A stretch of 64,000 nt of DNA from NCBI RefSeq assembly GCF_001194135.2, contig NC_068986.1, positions 61,861,399-61,925,398 of the forward strand, written 5' to 3'. The position numbers were made by a program, and so were the translations under genes. Shown here in pieces: positions 36,730 through 49,310 of the stretch; position 1 is the first letter of the stretch, and the number at the start of each line of letters is the position of its first letter. Below the pieces are notes generated by a model. The model ran no database searches. It saw nothing but the letters and a program-made list of their open reading frames with translations, and was not told the DNA's origin. This DNA comes from Octopus bimaculoides. Its lineage: Eukaryota.

Positions 36730-37171
36730 GTATGTATATATATATATATGGGCAACACACACTAAATAAAAAAATGTTAGTAAGTAAAAGTGTTTTAAAA
36801 AAGATTATTAAATTTTCAGATTAACACCCGCATGATTTTCACTACACTGTTAGAGTTAGGGTTAGGTAGGTAATCGTGCGGGTGTTAATCTCAAGATTTA
36901 CGAAAAGATTTTCAGAAAAACTCACAGTTTGTAGGGAATAAATGTTTGTCGATCATAATTGAAAAAGATGTGTGGCTATTTTTTTGTTGTTGTTATCATG
37001 GTGAAGGACGAGTTAGAAATAACTTACAATTCCCGCCAATTAGAATGAGGTATGTATCATTAAAGTGAAACTATCTGTCATTACACTATCGAAATGTGAT
37101 TGTTTCAGTTTTGATACTGAAATAGTTTTCTTTTACGGTCAGTGTTTCTCCTTCCTTTCTTTTTGTATTTG
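36730..37171 (-). mobile_element. Second copy of the Helitron-like/TTAGGG-loop repeat
   Basis: Matches 1274-1660 and 397-430. It has a 19-bp inverted repeat at 36820-36838/36872-36890. Confidence 0.5.
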
Positions 37172-37632
37172 NNNNNNNNNNNNNNNNNNNNNNNNNNNNN
37201 NNNNNNNNNNNNNNNNNNNNNNNNNNNNNNNNNNNNNNNNNNNNNNNNNNNNNNNNNNNNNNNNNNNNNNNNNNNNNNNNNNNNNNNNNNNNNNNNNNNN
37301 NNNNNNNNNNNNNNNNNNNNNNNNNNNNNNNNNNNNNNNNNNNNNNNNNNNNNNNNNNNNNNNNNNNNNNNNNNNNNNNNNNNNNNNNNNNNNNNNNNNN
37401 NNNNNNNNNNNNNNNNNNNNNNNNNNNNNNNNNNNNNNNNNNNNNNNNNNNNNNNNNNNNNNNNNNNNNNNNNNNNNNNNNNNNNNNNNNNNNNNNNNNN
37501 NNNNNNNNNNNNNNNNNNNNNNNNNNNNNNNNNNNNNNNNNNNNNNNNNNNNNNNNNNNNNNNNNNNNNNNNNNNNNNNNNNNNNNNNNNNNNNNNNNNN
37601 NNNNNNNNNNNNNNNNNNNNNNNNNNNNNNNN

Positions 37633-39535
37633 AATTTTGTAAATGGGTGCTTATATGCCAGTGGTTTATATTTACGTAATTTTAGCTGATCTTTCTGACT
37701 AAATTTGACTTTTATGGGCAGGTAAATTTAATTAACAGGTGTAAAAACAATAACATTATGAATAAACACTAAAATTCATATTCTTAATACATCTTGCCTG
37801 TTTGGTTTGCTGCTAAAATTATCCCAGATGTCAACTGCCAATAATTTTACATTTTTCAAGATGAGGTACATTAATTTGAATTAATTGAAATACAGGTGTA
37901 ATCGGTAGAAGATTTTACTCTTTTTCTATATTTAATTCAAACATTATCATTGAAAATAAAGTACAAAACTATTTTACTAGTCAATATACCATTGGCTATG
38001 CACTCGTATACAATTTAATGAATTCATTTACGTAACAGAATGCATCTAATAAAAAAATCTCATTAACAGATGAGGCAAAGGTGAATACAGATGTGTAACA
38101 TACTGAAAATTAATATGTAGTTCTCACTTTCACATATTATTTATAATAAAATGAAAAAGAATGTATAAAATAATATACTTGCAAAATAATACAGTTATGA
38201 CATATTTCTGTCATGAAACTGCCCAAAGCACCCTTTACACAAGGGCACTTTGCAGAATGAGCACATGTATGAGGTCTCGACCTGATATCTTTTCGCAGTT
38301 TTTCTTTTTTGCAGCGAACACAGTCCGCAAACCTTTTTTTTCCGATTAATTTTTTCGACTTGATGGAAGTCAATATTTTCTCTGTTGACATCCACCTCAG
38401 TTAATTTTGGTTTTCTCCCAGTTCTGTGCTTTCTAGAAGAAAAGCCCTCACGTAACTGAGATGTGATGTCAACCCAAAATTTCAAATGGTCGTAGTCTTT
38501 TGGTGGCGGAGGTACTTTGTGGCTTTTTACATATACAATATATGAATTTACTATAGTTAAATTCACTAAAAACCACAAAATGTACCCCCACCATTTCTTC
38601 CCAGGTCGACCAACTGGGTAATATGCCCGATATTAGTCGGATTTATCAACCCCACCCATATATTTGTTATAACAAATATTCACAAGGGGTTTCCCGTCAG
38701 CACCAACACCAGGTTGTTCATTAGAAGACAGAAATAAAATCTGTCTTTTGTCTTTATATGCAGTAATTAGCAGATCTTTTTGCATCTGTAAAATGTCCCC
38801 TCTATTTTTTAATTTTATTTTCATTTCACGGGGTAAACCTTTACGGTTTCCCATAACAGTACTACACATGTAAGTACTTACACGGGCAAGATTTTCCACC
38901 GAAGTCACTGATGAAAAAACACGGTTGAAATAGAGGTGTCGGTGCTGATGGTGAAATGGTTCAGTAAGGGACCACACTACATCATGTCCCAATCCATGCG
39001 GTCTGTTTCCATTATATTTTTTACCTGTGTAAACATCGAAGTTTATACAGTATCCTGTCTCCAATTCACAAACTTCCCATACCTTGATCCTCCGTTTAGT
39101 AGGTTGGGCAGGCATGTACTGCCGAAAATGCACTCTGCCCTTATAGCCTATCATGGTTTCATCTACACTGAGATTTTTCCCAGGAAAAAACACAGTTTTA
39201 TAATTATTAACAAATAAATTGATTACAGTATGTACTTTGTACAGGGGATCGTAGTTTGGGTTGTTTTTGTTGGGGGCATTTGCAGAATCAGTTAAATGCA
39301 AATACTGAGATATTTTCGAATACCTCGTTTTCGACATAATACTTGAGATATATGGGTCGCCATACCTTACATCGGGACTCCAATAGTTCCATAGTCAAGG
39401 AAGCTGTTTCATACCAAACATAATGTTGATTGTGAAAAATGCTCTCATTTCCGCAGTAGTAGTTGGCTGCCATAGTGGATCGTTTCTTCCACGAACAGTA
39501 ATTAAATGTTGCGCATATTTGTTAGTTTCCTCCGC
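37633..39535 (-). mobile_element. piggyBac-family transposon, longer copy with DDE core (PGBD4-like), both ends lost in gaps
   Basis: SVDETMIGYKGRVHFRQYMP, YNKYMGGVDKSD, MWFLVNLTIVNSYIVY and a Cys-rich C-terminus. It shares the subterminal region with 26140-26720 in the opposite orientation. Stops and frameshifts are present. Confidence 0.9.
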
Positions 39536-39634
39536 NNNNNNNNNNNNNNNNNNNNNNNNNNNNNNNNNNNNNNNNNNNNNNNNNNNNNNNNNNNNNNNNN
39601 NNNNNNNNNNNNNNNNNNNNNNNNNNNNNNNNNN

Positions 39635-39745
39635 NATATATATATATATATACACATGTATAAACATTTACACACACACACATATATATATACACATATA
39701 TACATACAAGTACATATACAAACATGTACATATATACACACGTAT

Positions 39746-39805
<60 letters not shown>

Positions 39806-39835
39806 ACACGTATATATAAAATGAATATATGTATA
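39635..39835. repeat. Compound (TA)n/(CA)n/(TG)n microsatellite
   Basis: Seen directly in the sequence, adjacent to a gap. Confidence 0.9.
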
Positions 39836-39924
39836 CGAATATAGAGAGAATGATTGTTTGGTTTTATGTTGAAATGAAAACAATTTTACCTTAATCTCTA
39901 TACTTTTGTAGAATACAAACGTCT

Positions 39925-40174
39925 TATACAAGCATATTGTTGACAGTGACTTCGATGTTTCACCCAGCTAAGCCAGTTACGAACTTATAGCCGAAACTTC
40001 GAAGTCACTCTCAACATTCTTGTATAACAATATATCTTTGCAGTAGACAATTTTATTTATACATATACTTTTAATTTATATAATAACGGACTCTTAGCCG
40101 AAACTTCGAAGTCACTCTCAACATTCTTGAATAACAATATATTTTTGCAGTAGACAATTTTATTTATACATATA
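39925..40174. repeat. ~80-bp direct repeat pair plus an inverted ~37-bp copy
   Basis: tagccgaaacttcgaagtcactctcaacattcttg... at 39988 and 40095 (period 107), with an inverted copy at 39925-39961. Confidence 0.85.
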
Positions 40175-40427
40175 ATTTATATAATATCGTGGGCATATTA
40201 TGACGCCGTACTTTTAATTCAGTTAGTTTAGACAAAGTGCTCTAATGTTCAAAATGGAAATATATAACGCAATTCAATAAATCATATCGAGCCTTTGATA
40301 CTCCATCACTTCCCTCAAAAAAGGGAGTTGCCCTAATTATGTATAGATGTAAATAAATAATGTTCGGGGAAGAGGATCTATTTTTTATAATAGTGGGAAT
40401 TTTGAGAACGAAAAGCAGACGTAATTT

Positions 40428-40475
<48 letters not shown>

Positions 40476-40525
40476 GTACCCCTTCGAAAATATTATCACT
40501 CGTTCTTAAAACAAATATCACTTAC

Positions 40526-41174
40526 CTTTATTTGAAGGTAATCCATTGAGGGAGGTTTCAGAAGAATTGGGCGATTGTTTGATCATTTTGACCTTCGATG
40601 ATGAATTGGTTTTGGGTTTAGGTGAGGCCGGTGAAGAGCTTACATCAGAATCACTAGTCGAAGAGAAACGCCTCTCTTTACCACTAACGTAGTCGTCCAT
40701 GTATCCAGAACTGGACAGTCGACGATAATCATGTTGGATCCTCTTTCTCTTCCCGGACTCAGGACTAGCGCAAGGGTCGGGCAGTTGTTGATGGCCAGGT
40801 GATGGTAATGAAGCAGAAAGTTTAGGCCTTTTAGCGTCTGATACTTGTGTTGTAGTAGTCGTCGGTGTTGCTGACGACGTTGTTGTTTGGGTTGCTGCAG
40901 TTGTATTGTCGTTCTCGTCCTTCACAACATGAGCTGCTGCATGTGGTGACAGAAGACCAGGTAAATTGCGATAGCTTTGAAGGTCTCGTTTAGTTACGCC
41001 TGCTACCGACAGCTCGTCCTGTGTTTCACTCTCAGTACTTTTTCCGATATCAAGCCCGCTTAATGGCAATTCTTCGCCGACGCAAGTTTGTTTACAGCTA
41101 AAATCTAAATCCAGGAAAGAGTTAGCTTCAGCAGTACTTACTGGTTTGTCTTCTTCGGGTTCAACTTCCTCCAT
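40526..41174 (-). CDS. RSBN1: RSBN1/RSBN1L-like lysine demethylase, coding exon 1 (low-complexity N-terminus MEEVEPEED...NGLPSNK)
   Basis: First ATG after an in-frame stop is at 41174, in a good Kozak context (aacaagATGG). The reading frame is open for 649 nt and ends at the donor AAAG|GTAAGT (intron starts 40525). Its phase 1 matches the acceptor of the 23183 exon. Assignment to the gene rests on this phase and frame match, not on homology of the exon itself. Confidence 0.8.
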
Positions 41175-41724
41175 CTTGTTCACAGGTTCCAGTGCCCGGA
41201 TGTTTACCGTGGAGAATACTCATGTGACGTCTCCAGCGATTGGCTAATAATATATCGAGATGGCGCCATTCATTTACTTTAACCAATCACTTCGCCCATA
41301 CTGTTCTGATTTCATACTCCCGCGTGAAGCGTGAGTATTTGCGCAAAGGTACCTTGCAAACTTTTGCAAACGTTGTTATTTGTTATATTACTCATCAACT
41401 GAACCCATTTTGATTTAGTTGAAAAGGCAAAAAGTAATTTAACACTCAAGGCTACTACTGCTTTGAACATTTTCAATATAGAAACATAAAAAAATTACTT
41501 GTGTATATATATATATATAGATTTATACATGTATATGTATATCTGTACCTAATATACACAAATAAGTATATGTATAGATATAGATACATATATATATATA
41601 CACACACATAGAGATTGAGCACGCTAGCTCAATTGTTGCCAGTTTTTTTTTTATTTTGTCCAGGTGTTAACTGCGAAATCTTCATTTTAAAAAAAATTGC
41701 AACGTCAAGGGATCAGCATCAAAG
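41175..41724. promoter_or_regulatory. Bidirectional promoter and 5' UTR region shared by RSBN1 (-) and SET (+)
   Basis: Divergent start codons 550 bp apart; locally CpG-retaining. Motifs: CRE-like TGACGTCT (41225), ATTGG (41239) and CCAAT (41283), palindrome ATGGCGCCAT (41260-41269, YY1-like core on both strands), palindrome TTTGCGCAAA (41338-41347). Confidence 0.75.
41331..41663 (+). other. Probable 5'-UTR intron of SET
   Basis: Donor GTGAGT at 41331. T-tract plus ttgtccAG acceptor at 41662-41663, 61 nt upstream of the ATG. The interior is a (TA)n/AT-rich low-complexity stretch typical of introns here. Confidence 0.5.
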
Positions 41725-41994
41725 ATGGAAACAGGCACGGGTACACCACGCAAAGTACAAAAAGTAGCTATTTCGGAGGCAAGCTCTGAAGCTGAAGAAA
41801 GTCGGGATTTTGATAGTGAAACCCAAAAGGCGTTGGAAGACATCGATTCATGTCAAAACGAAATTGATGCCCTGAATGAGAAAGCTAGCGAAGAAATTCT
41901 GAAAGTTGAACAAAAATTTAACAAATTAAGAAGACCATATTTCGATCGGAGAAATGAGCTTATAAAGAAAATCCCCAACTTTTGGGTTACTGCT
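41725..41994 (+). CDS. SET: Protein SET / TAF-I-beta (NAP family histone chaperone, I2PP2A), coding exon 1
   Basis: METGTGTPRK...QKALEDIDSCQNEIDALNEKASEEILKVEQKFNKLRRPYFDRRNELIKKIPNFWVTA is the SET dimerisation helix. It ends at the U12-type donor GTATCCTTT (41995). Confidence 0.95.
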
Positions 41995-43466
41995 GTATCC
42001 TTTTTCCATATTTTTCGCATTGTGTGAAAGTGTGTCATTGTTTTAATCAGATATTTGTTGTAAATAGTTAACTTTTTATGTAAAAATTATTGAATTGTTT
42101 ACCAGTTTTGATCGTTCAGTATTTGAAATGTAATTATTCGAATTTTATGTGCAATAATTGAAGTAGTGAATGTATTTTCAGTTATGATTTTAGATATTTA
42201 TGCTTATTTTGACGCAGAAGACACGTATTGTAGATAATATTTCTGTTTATCTAAATTCCTTTTGTTTTAAATTGCATCTGTTGGCTCCAGTAAAAGTGAA
42301 AATGAAATCCCCCACTTAGTGACCAGTTTGATTATCTACTCTACTCCTTGGTATCATGGTACGAACTAAGCTTATCTAACTAACATGGAAGCTTCTCCCC
42401 CCCCCCCCCCATTAATAACAATTCGCTTTATGTGTTCGTGATTCCTATACATTCGATTTATATCTATATTTTAATTGTTAACGTTTATTTCAATTTTCAA
42501 ATGAAAATATGAAGAGAGTGAACATTGTTTTTCGTTGGTAGTTCACTAAGATTTCCTTAAACTCGTACATTGTTTCTACTATTCCCCGGCGTGCTTTTAA
42601 TCAGCTTCCGGTGGTATTTTTTTTCGAACGATGTGTGTTTATAGGTTAATGAATTTCAAAATTTAGCGTGGTTGACGACTGAGGTTAGTGATAGTGAGCA
42701 AGCAGAAACTAGGTAGCCGACCAGTTACTCAAATCCTCAAACTTTATTTTCAGCAATATGTAAAATAAATATGGTTTTATTAGATAGTAGTTAGATCTTA
42801 CATTTTTCATTGACTCCGACCGATTATACCGCAGTAACAATTGTGTATGTTTATAAGGTTTTTTTTTTCTTTTCTTCGTAATCTTTGATAACCAAGAAAA
42901 TAGCCTATGTAGTAACTGGGTTGATGTTTCACAGTACGATTGATTCGAGGTGTCTTCAGCTTAAGATGCTTCGTAATTATCGTAAGTCTAATAGACGGTT
43001 ATATATTTTGTGCACTCTTCCATCTTAATTGACAATGTTTTGATCATACATACTATCAAGCGTTGTGTGTGTTATGGTATATGTGATCCCAAGGTAGATA
43101 AGGGACATAACTGCTTTCTTCGTTAACTATTACTCAAAAATATACAGGCTTATTATAGAATGTAAACAGTTTTCAGATCCATTTCATTTGACCATTGATT
43201 AAAGTAGTACTTGATAGCGTAATTTCAATATATATTTTCCCTTCGTTGCAGATTAGTGTTAGAATTAAAAATACATTAAATATTTCTTTAAAAATGCACT
43301 CGATATATTTTTTTTAGTATGATTTAATGAGAGAGAAAATAGAACAATAACAAAGTATGTAACTTTTGCTAGCCAAATATGTTTTTAGTACTGCATGCAG
43401 CATTTTCTGAACTTCGTAAAAATCCAGGGGAATACGCACGTTAAGTGTGTGTATGTATGTATATGT

Positions 43467-43498
<32 letters not shown>

Positions 43499-43559
43499 CC
43501 ACACAAATATATGCGCGCGTACAAATGATGCATTTGACCAGTTGGCACCTCTAATTTGC

Positions 43560-45400
43560 ATTGCCTTCATATTCTAAGTTCATTTTTACGCAGCTGATAT
43601 CTTCCTTCGTTCTAGCCTAACCTTTCCCTTTCGAGCATCACTTGCATGCAACCATAACACCTTGCACAAATTTTTTTTTGATTCATGAACAGATACCTCA
43701 AAATCATCATCCTATGGCAATGAATTCGTGTCGTTTCCGCCTCTTTGGACCACAAGAAGAAAATAACTTCATATATTAATAAAAAAAAAAAAAAAAAACT
43801 TTGCTCGACTAAAGGCGGTGTTCCAACATAGCCACAGTCAAATGACTGGAACAAGTGAAAGAGTAATGCAGAATCGCACTTCTGGAAAAATGCTTTTTTT
43901 TNNNNNNNNNNNNNNNNNNNNNNNNNNNNNNNNNNNNNNNNNNNNNNNNNNNNNNNNNNNNNNNNNNNNNNNNNNNNNNNNNNNNNNNNNNNNNNNNNNN
44001 NNNNNNNNNNNNNNNNNNNNNNNNNNNNNNNNNNNNNNNNNNNNNNNNNNNNNNNNNNNNNNNNNNNNNNNNNNNNNNNNNNNNNNNNNNNNNNNNNNNN
44101 NNNNNNNNNNNNNNNNNNNNNNNNNNNNNNNNNNNNNNNNNNNNNNNNNNNNNNNNNNNNNNNNNNNNNNNNNNNNNNNNNNNNNNNNNNNNNNNNNNNN
44201 NNNNNNNNNNNNNNNNNNNNNNNNNNNNNNNNNNNNNNNNNNNNNNNNNNNNNNNNNNNNNNNNNNNNNNNNNNNNNNNNNNNNNNNNNNNNNNNNNNNN
44301 NNNNNNNNNNNNNNNNNNNNNNNNNNNNNNNNNNNNNNNNNNNNNNNNNNNNNNNNNNNNNNNNNNNNNNNNNNNNNNNNNNNNNNNNNNNNNNNNNNNN
44401 NNNNNNNNNNNNNNNNNNNNNNNNNNNNNNNNNNNNNNNNNNNNNNNNNNNNNNNNNNNNNNNNNNNNNNNNNNNNNNNNNNNNNNNNNNNNNNNNNNNN
44501 NNNNNNNNNNNNNNNNNNNNNNNNNNNNNNNNNNNNNNNNNNNNNNNNNNNNNNNNNNNNNNNNNNNNNNNNNNNNNNNNNNNNNNNNNNNNNNNNNNNN
44601 NNNNNNNNNNNNNNNNNNNNNNNNNNNNNNNNNNNNNNNNNNNNNNNNNNNNNNNNNNNNNNNNNNNNNNNNNNNNNNNNNNNNNNNNNNNNNNNNNNNN
44701 NNNNNNNNNNNNNNNNNNNNNNNNNNNCTGCATTAAACCCCCGAATTGCACAAACGATGAGCCCTCATGCTCTCTCTACAAAGCTAGGTTTTATTGGTGC
44801 TGAAGATTCCTCATAGCAAACACAAGGTCGTCGATATATGGCTAGAATCGCTTCTCAAAGTCTGGGGGTTTTTTTTTTTTTTTTTTTTTTTCCAGACCCA
44901 GAAAATACTTGGTTCTCGTGCCCAGTTCATGTCGGATGCAGTGGGGATCTGTTATGCACAGGCGTCCTAACAGCATTCCAAGAAAACCACTAAACGGATT
45001 GGCATAAAATGACTCTAGTTCTACAAGCATCCTATCTCATCTCTGCTTTTTGTATATCCAGAATAACCTGTGTGTTCTCAAAGCTAGCTAGTCCTATGCC
45101 ACCTTTAGTTCGGCATTCCTGATTCACTTCCCTCATCACCCATTTTGTATTTAACTCCTACCTCAGGCCATGCGCTAACACCAGCCCAATTTTCCCCCTC
45201 CTACTTCTCTCTTTCTTGCAGTTATCGATTTGCAATGGTTTCTGTGAAATGAATATTAATGGCTTCAATTTCACAAAAGTGCTGCCAGTGCCATGGTCAC
45301 TCTTCTTTCTTCCAGATAAAGTGAAAATGCTTATTTCCAGTAGATTCATTTCAGCGATTTTGTTTTATCAATGTGTAAAAAAAAAATATTAATGTTAAGT
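43560..45400 (-). mobile_element. Possible highly decayed Tx1/L1-like LINE remnant in the SET U12 intron
   Basis: Weak minus-strand similarity to the C-terminal half of the 4790-9522 ORF2 (EVIFFLWSK versus KEVIWKTR; FVQFGGLMQ versus LKGGLGMP). Half of the region is a gap. Confidence 0.3.
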
Positions 45401-47589
45401 TAGGACTTTAATTGACCAAATGTTGTTTTGTCTAATAATTTACTACACAAACCTGAATTTACACTAGATTTGAAGTAACAAGGATGTTACTCATTCATCT
45501 AAATATTCCTAAGTTGATTTAGAATATTTTTATGGAATTCTAATAATTTTTACTGCAACCTAAGCGTTTTTTGACCATGGCACTTTAATTATTATTATTT
45601 CTCTTTGTGACTTAACCATTAAAGAAATAGTGAGGCAACCTCCCTGACAGGGTGCAAGGGTTTCACAGAGATTTCATTTTAATATTATGTTTCAATTAGT
45701 TAAAAGAGAGCTTTATTGCAGATTTCAGTCAGCAGTACACAACTGTTTAGCTTTTGTATTTTTACAGTCTATAAACTGTTCCATGATGTTTTCATTTGAT
45801 GTTAGGGGGTTAAAATTTATCTTAATTGCAGGTCCTGATTTGAGATGCTAATGCCGTTTGAAATCTTTCCAATTCTTTATATATTAATGATATTAAATGT
45901 GAATTATAAATGTTTAGCTGTTAACTTTCTAGAAGAATGATATAATCATTTCAATCAAAATTTCTGTTAATTCACATTCCAGTTCTAGTTGATTGGAATT
46001 TGCTTAGTGCCCCACCTCCCATCAGTATCTATTACTAAATCAGGTTAATAAATTACAAATTCCTTGCTGGCCTTTTCATTGCCACATTCCAATGCATGGT
46101 TGCATGCCTTCATCACTGCTCCTTTGGGAAACCTCCATTGATTTGACCTAGTGCACTGGGACATCAATGTGCTAACCAATTCCTTTAAGTGGAATGGGTT
46201 CTGCACACGCAGCAGTTGTTATTTTCCGTATTACTCTACAATCATCTTCTTTATTCAACATGTATTAGCTTTCATTAATGTTCCATCAGTTTTCAAACCT
46301 AAGTCTATATAAGATCCTGGGCAAAGTAAATTTTTTATCACAGTTTGGTGTCTGCAAATTGTAGCAGGAGCGCAGTGGTGGGCACATTGAACGATCACAT
46401 TTCACTATCTTCAAATGAGGCCTCCTCCTTTTCCAATGTCTCTTCTTTGAGACTACAGATGAGATTTTGCAGGTTTGCAGGTTGGCTCTTGAGGTGATGA
46501 AGAGAGGTTTCTTGTTTAAGCAAATTTCAGTTTAAATGACACCAGTGTTATAACTTGCTTCAAGAATTTTACATTAATATTGTGCTCATGCAGTGTATAA
46601 ATTTACACTTGGAGAATGCTTTTTATGTTGTCAAAAAGATTTATTGAAATGTGAGTTTTTAACAAAAATGTTAATCGTAATTTTAACATTTTAGATAATA
46701 GTTTAGTTTGTGTGTGTGTATAAATAAATATTTAAAAGTTAAATGTTTTTTCTTTCTAGGTCAGTGTTCTGGCTTTTTTGAAATGGTACCTTTTATCCAA
46801 AGGGAATCAAGAATTAAGCTCTATTTTTCAAAAGTTGTTTTCTTGTTTTGTTTTTTACCCTTTTATATATAAAACAAACATCAGTGCCCAACCTTGTCCA
46901 GGTTTAATAAAATCCAACATACATACAATCTCATGGATTTACTTGATTTTGGATGCTTAGCTTTTCAAAGGCAGTAGTAACCTTGTAGGTCCCAGAATGT
47001 TGATTCTTGATTTAGAATTGTTGCATCCAAGCAACTCAGAAGATAAGTTCATATTGAACTTCAGAAAAATACATGAACAATATTATAAATCCTAAAATAA
47101 AATTTTACTTTTACATTTGTTTATTCCAAAAAAAATATTGCACTAATTTACACAATTATTTATTTTTCTCATCAGAACACTACCATTGTTATGCTTGGTA
47201 TCAGGAGCTAAAAAAGGGCAATGTTTAGGATAAGTTCAGCTGTCAAGATGCAAAGTTGTGACCTATAACTTGATGCACATATTCACTTTTGTATATTAAG
47301 AATATATGTGGTTCATAAGCCTAATTTGATGAGCAAATTTTTGATAATAGCCATTCCAGTTCATTGTGTGCTTTGTCTTTTAGTCTGAATGGAAGCAAGG
47401 GCCATTGACCATTCACAGCATTGTTCTGCAACCTTTTGTAGCTTAGTATTCCCTTTCACTAAATAGCAATTTACTAATGTCCAAATTTTGTGCAATGAAT
47501 TATCCATATTTTCTTTTATTGTCCTGTCTAGTATGCACCTTTTATATATATTTCCATGTACTGATGCTTTCTATATTAAATTTCATGAA

Positions 47590-47990
47590 TAGATGGATGG
47601 GGGCATAACTGTGTAGTTAGAAGTTCACTTCTTAACCACATGGTTTCAGGTTCAGTCCTTCTGTGAGGTACTTTAAGCAAGTGTCTCCAACTGTAGCCCC
47701 CCCCCCCCNNNNNNNNNNNNNNNNNNNNNNNNNNNNNNNNNNCCCCCAAGTTGACCAAAGCTTTGTGAACAGATTTGGTAGTTAGAAATTAAGTGAAGAC
47801 TATTATGTGCACCTGCATGGGTGTGTTTGTGTCTATGTCTTAACATTTTGCTAGTTGTAATGAATTTCAAGTGGTATCTAATCTTCAGTGCAAACCTGTC
47901 TGGCTATGGGGCAGAAATATTAACTTGCTTGGAAGAAAATGAAGATTGATGACACAAAGAGCCTGCAACCATAGAAAACCTGACACAGGG
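47590..47990 (+). mobile_element. tRNA-derived SINE family A
   Basis: ttaaccacatggtttcaGGTTCAGTCC (B-box-like)...aagcaagtgtctccaactgtagcc...ttgaccaaagctttgtgaacagatttggtag. Confidence 0.75.
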
Positions 47991-48747
47991 TATTTCGTGT
48001 AACCCATAGACTTTGAAATGATTCTGGAATTATTTTTTAATCAGTGTAAATAGGTATGTCACATTAACATACCATTAGGGCTGTGTATTTGATCTGCATT
48101 ATACTTGCATACAGAAGCATAATGAAAATGGTAACATAAGGAAAATAGTTAAACTGCTGAAAATCAAAGCTGGGTCTTGAATATGCAAAACAGATCCAAT
48201 TTTAGTATATCTTCTTCCCATCTTATGAATAAAGGAGGGAAGATATGAAATGTTTAAAAGTATGTTTTTAGTTACCCTGATTACTCAGGTGTGAAGCAAG
48301 TTTTGGACTGCACTGATTAGAGTGTATTTATTTTGATTAATAGGATGGCATTATGCTATTGACTACCACTTTTTTATGGTTTATTTCCCCATGCATTTAA
48401 AACTTATGATACTGTGATGTGTAATATCAGGAAATGTAGCATACATTCAATAATTATAATTTAATTTTTATTTCATTTTGGGGTACTTATATGAAATGAA
48501 ATGAAAATTATTTTTCAAAAACTCTGTCATTTACTCCCTCTCCTCATCTGTCTGATTAAGTCAACCAACATTTATAATGACTATTATTAAATAGTCTGTT
48601 TTAACTACACAACACCATGGAATACTATGTTAAAAATTTATTCCTGCTTTGTGTCTGAAAAAGCTATTTATGTCATGGCTTCATTTGTTTAAATTTCTTC
48701 CTATCTTATTCATTTTCATCACTTTTAATGTCTATGTTGTTTATAGT

Positions 48748-49005
48748 CATCATCATCATCGTTTAACGTCCATTTTCCATGCTAGCATGGGTTGGATGAT
48801 TTGACTGAGGACTGGTGAACCAGATGGCTACACCAGGCTCCAATCTGATTTGGCAGAGTTTCTACAGCTGGATGCCCTTCCTAATGCCAACCACTCCGAG
48901 AGTGTAGTGGGTGCTTTTACGTGCAACCGGCACGAAGGCCAGTCAGGCGGTACTGGCAACCGCCATGCTCAAAATGGTGTATTTTATGTGCCACCTGCAC
49001 AGGAA
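48748..49005 (-). mobile_element. RTE LINE 3' tail
   Basis: catcatcatcatcgtttaacgtccattttccatgctagcatggg... near-identical to the other young tails. Confidence 0.9.
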
Positions 49006-49039
49006 TATGAATGGTTAATTGAAAACTGGTGCTTTACTG

Positions 49040-49310
49040 GTTACAATGATAAGGGTTCAGGTTGATCCGATCAACGAAACAGCCTGCTCATGAAATTAAC
49101 ATGCAAGTGGATGAGCACTCCACAGACATGTGTATCTTTAACGTAGTTCTCTGGGAGATTCAGCGTGACACAGAATGTGACAAGGCTGGTCCCTTTGAAA
49201 TACAGGTCCAACTCATTTTTGCCAGTTGAGTGGATTGAAACATGAAGTAAATGTCTTGCTGAAAGCACACACCGCCCCACCGAGTAATTGAACTCACAAC
49301 CTCATGATTG
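49040..49310 (-). mobile_element. tRNA-derived SINE, family B
   Basis: Minus strand: B-box-like gtgagttcaattactc, then the core caagacatttacttcatg...ccactcaactggcaaaaatgag...gttgatcggatcaac. Homologous to 52890-53175. Confidence 0.75.

Noticed and set aside
41995-42027. C-terminal VSFFHIFRIV* of the 100-aa ORF 41725-42027
   Set aside because: This is read-through into the U12 intron. SET homology stops at FWVTA and resumes at 49650.
46000-46500. Possible LINE ORF1 remnant on the minus strand (PPLRSCYNLQ, resembling a PLRCYxCQ knuckle)
   Set aside because: The match is too short and degenerate to support by eye and needs a profile search.
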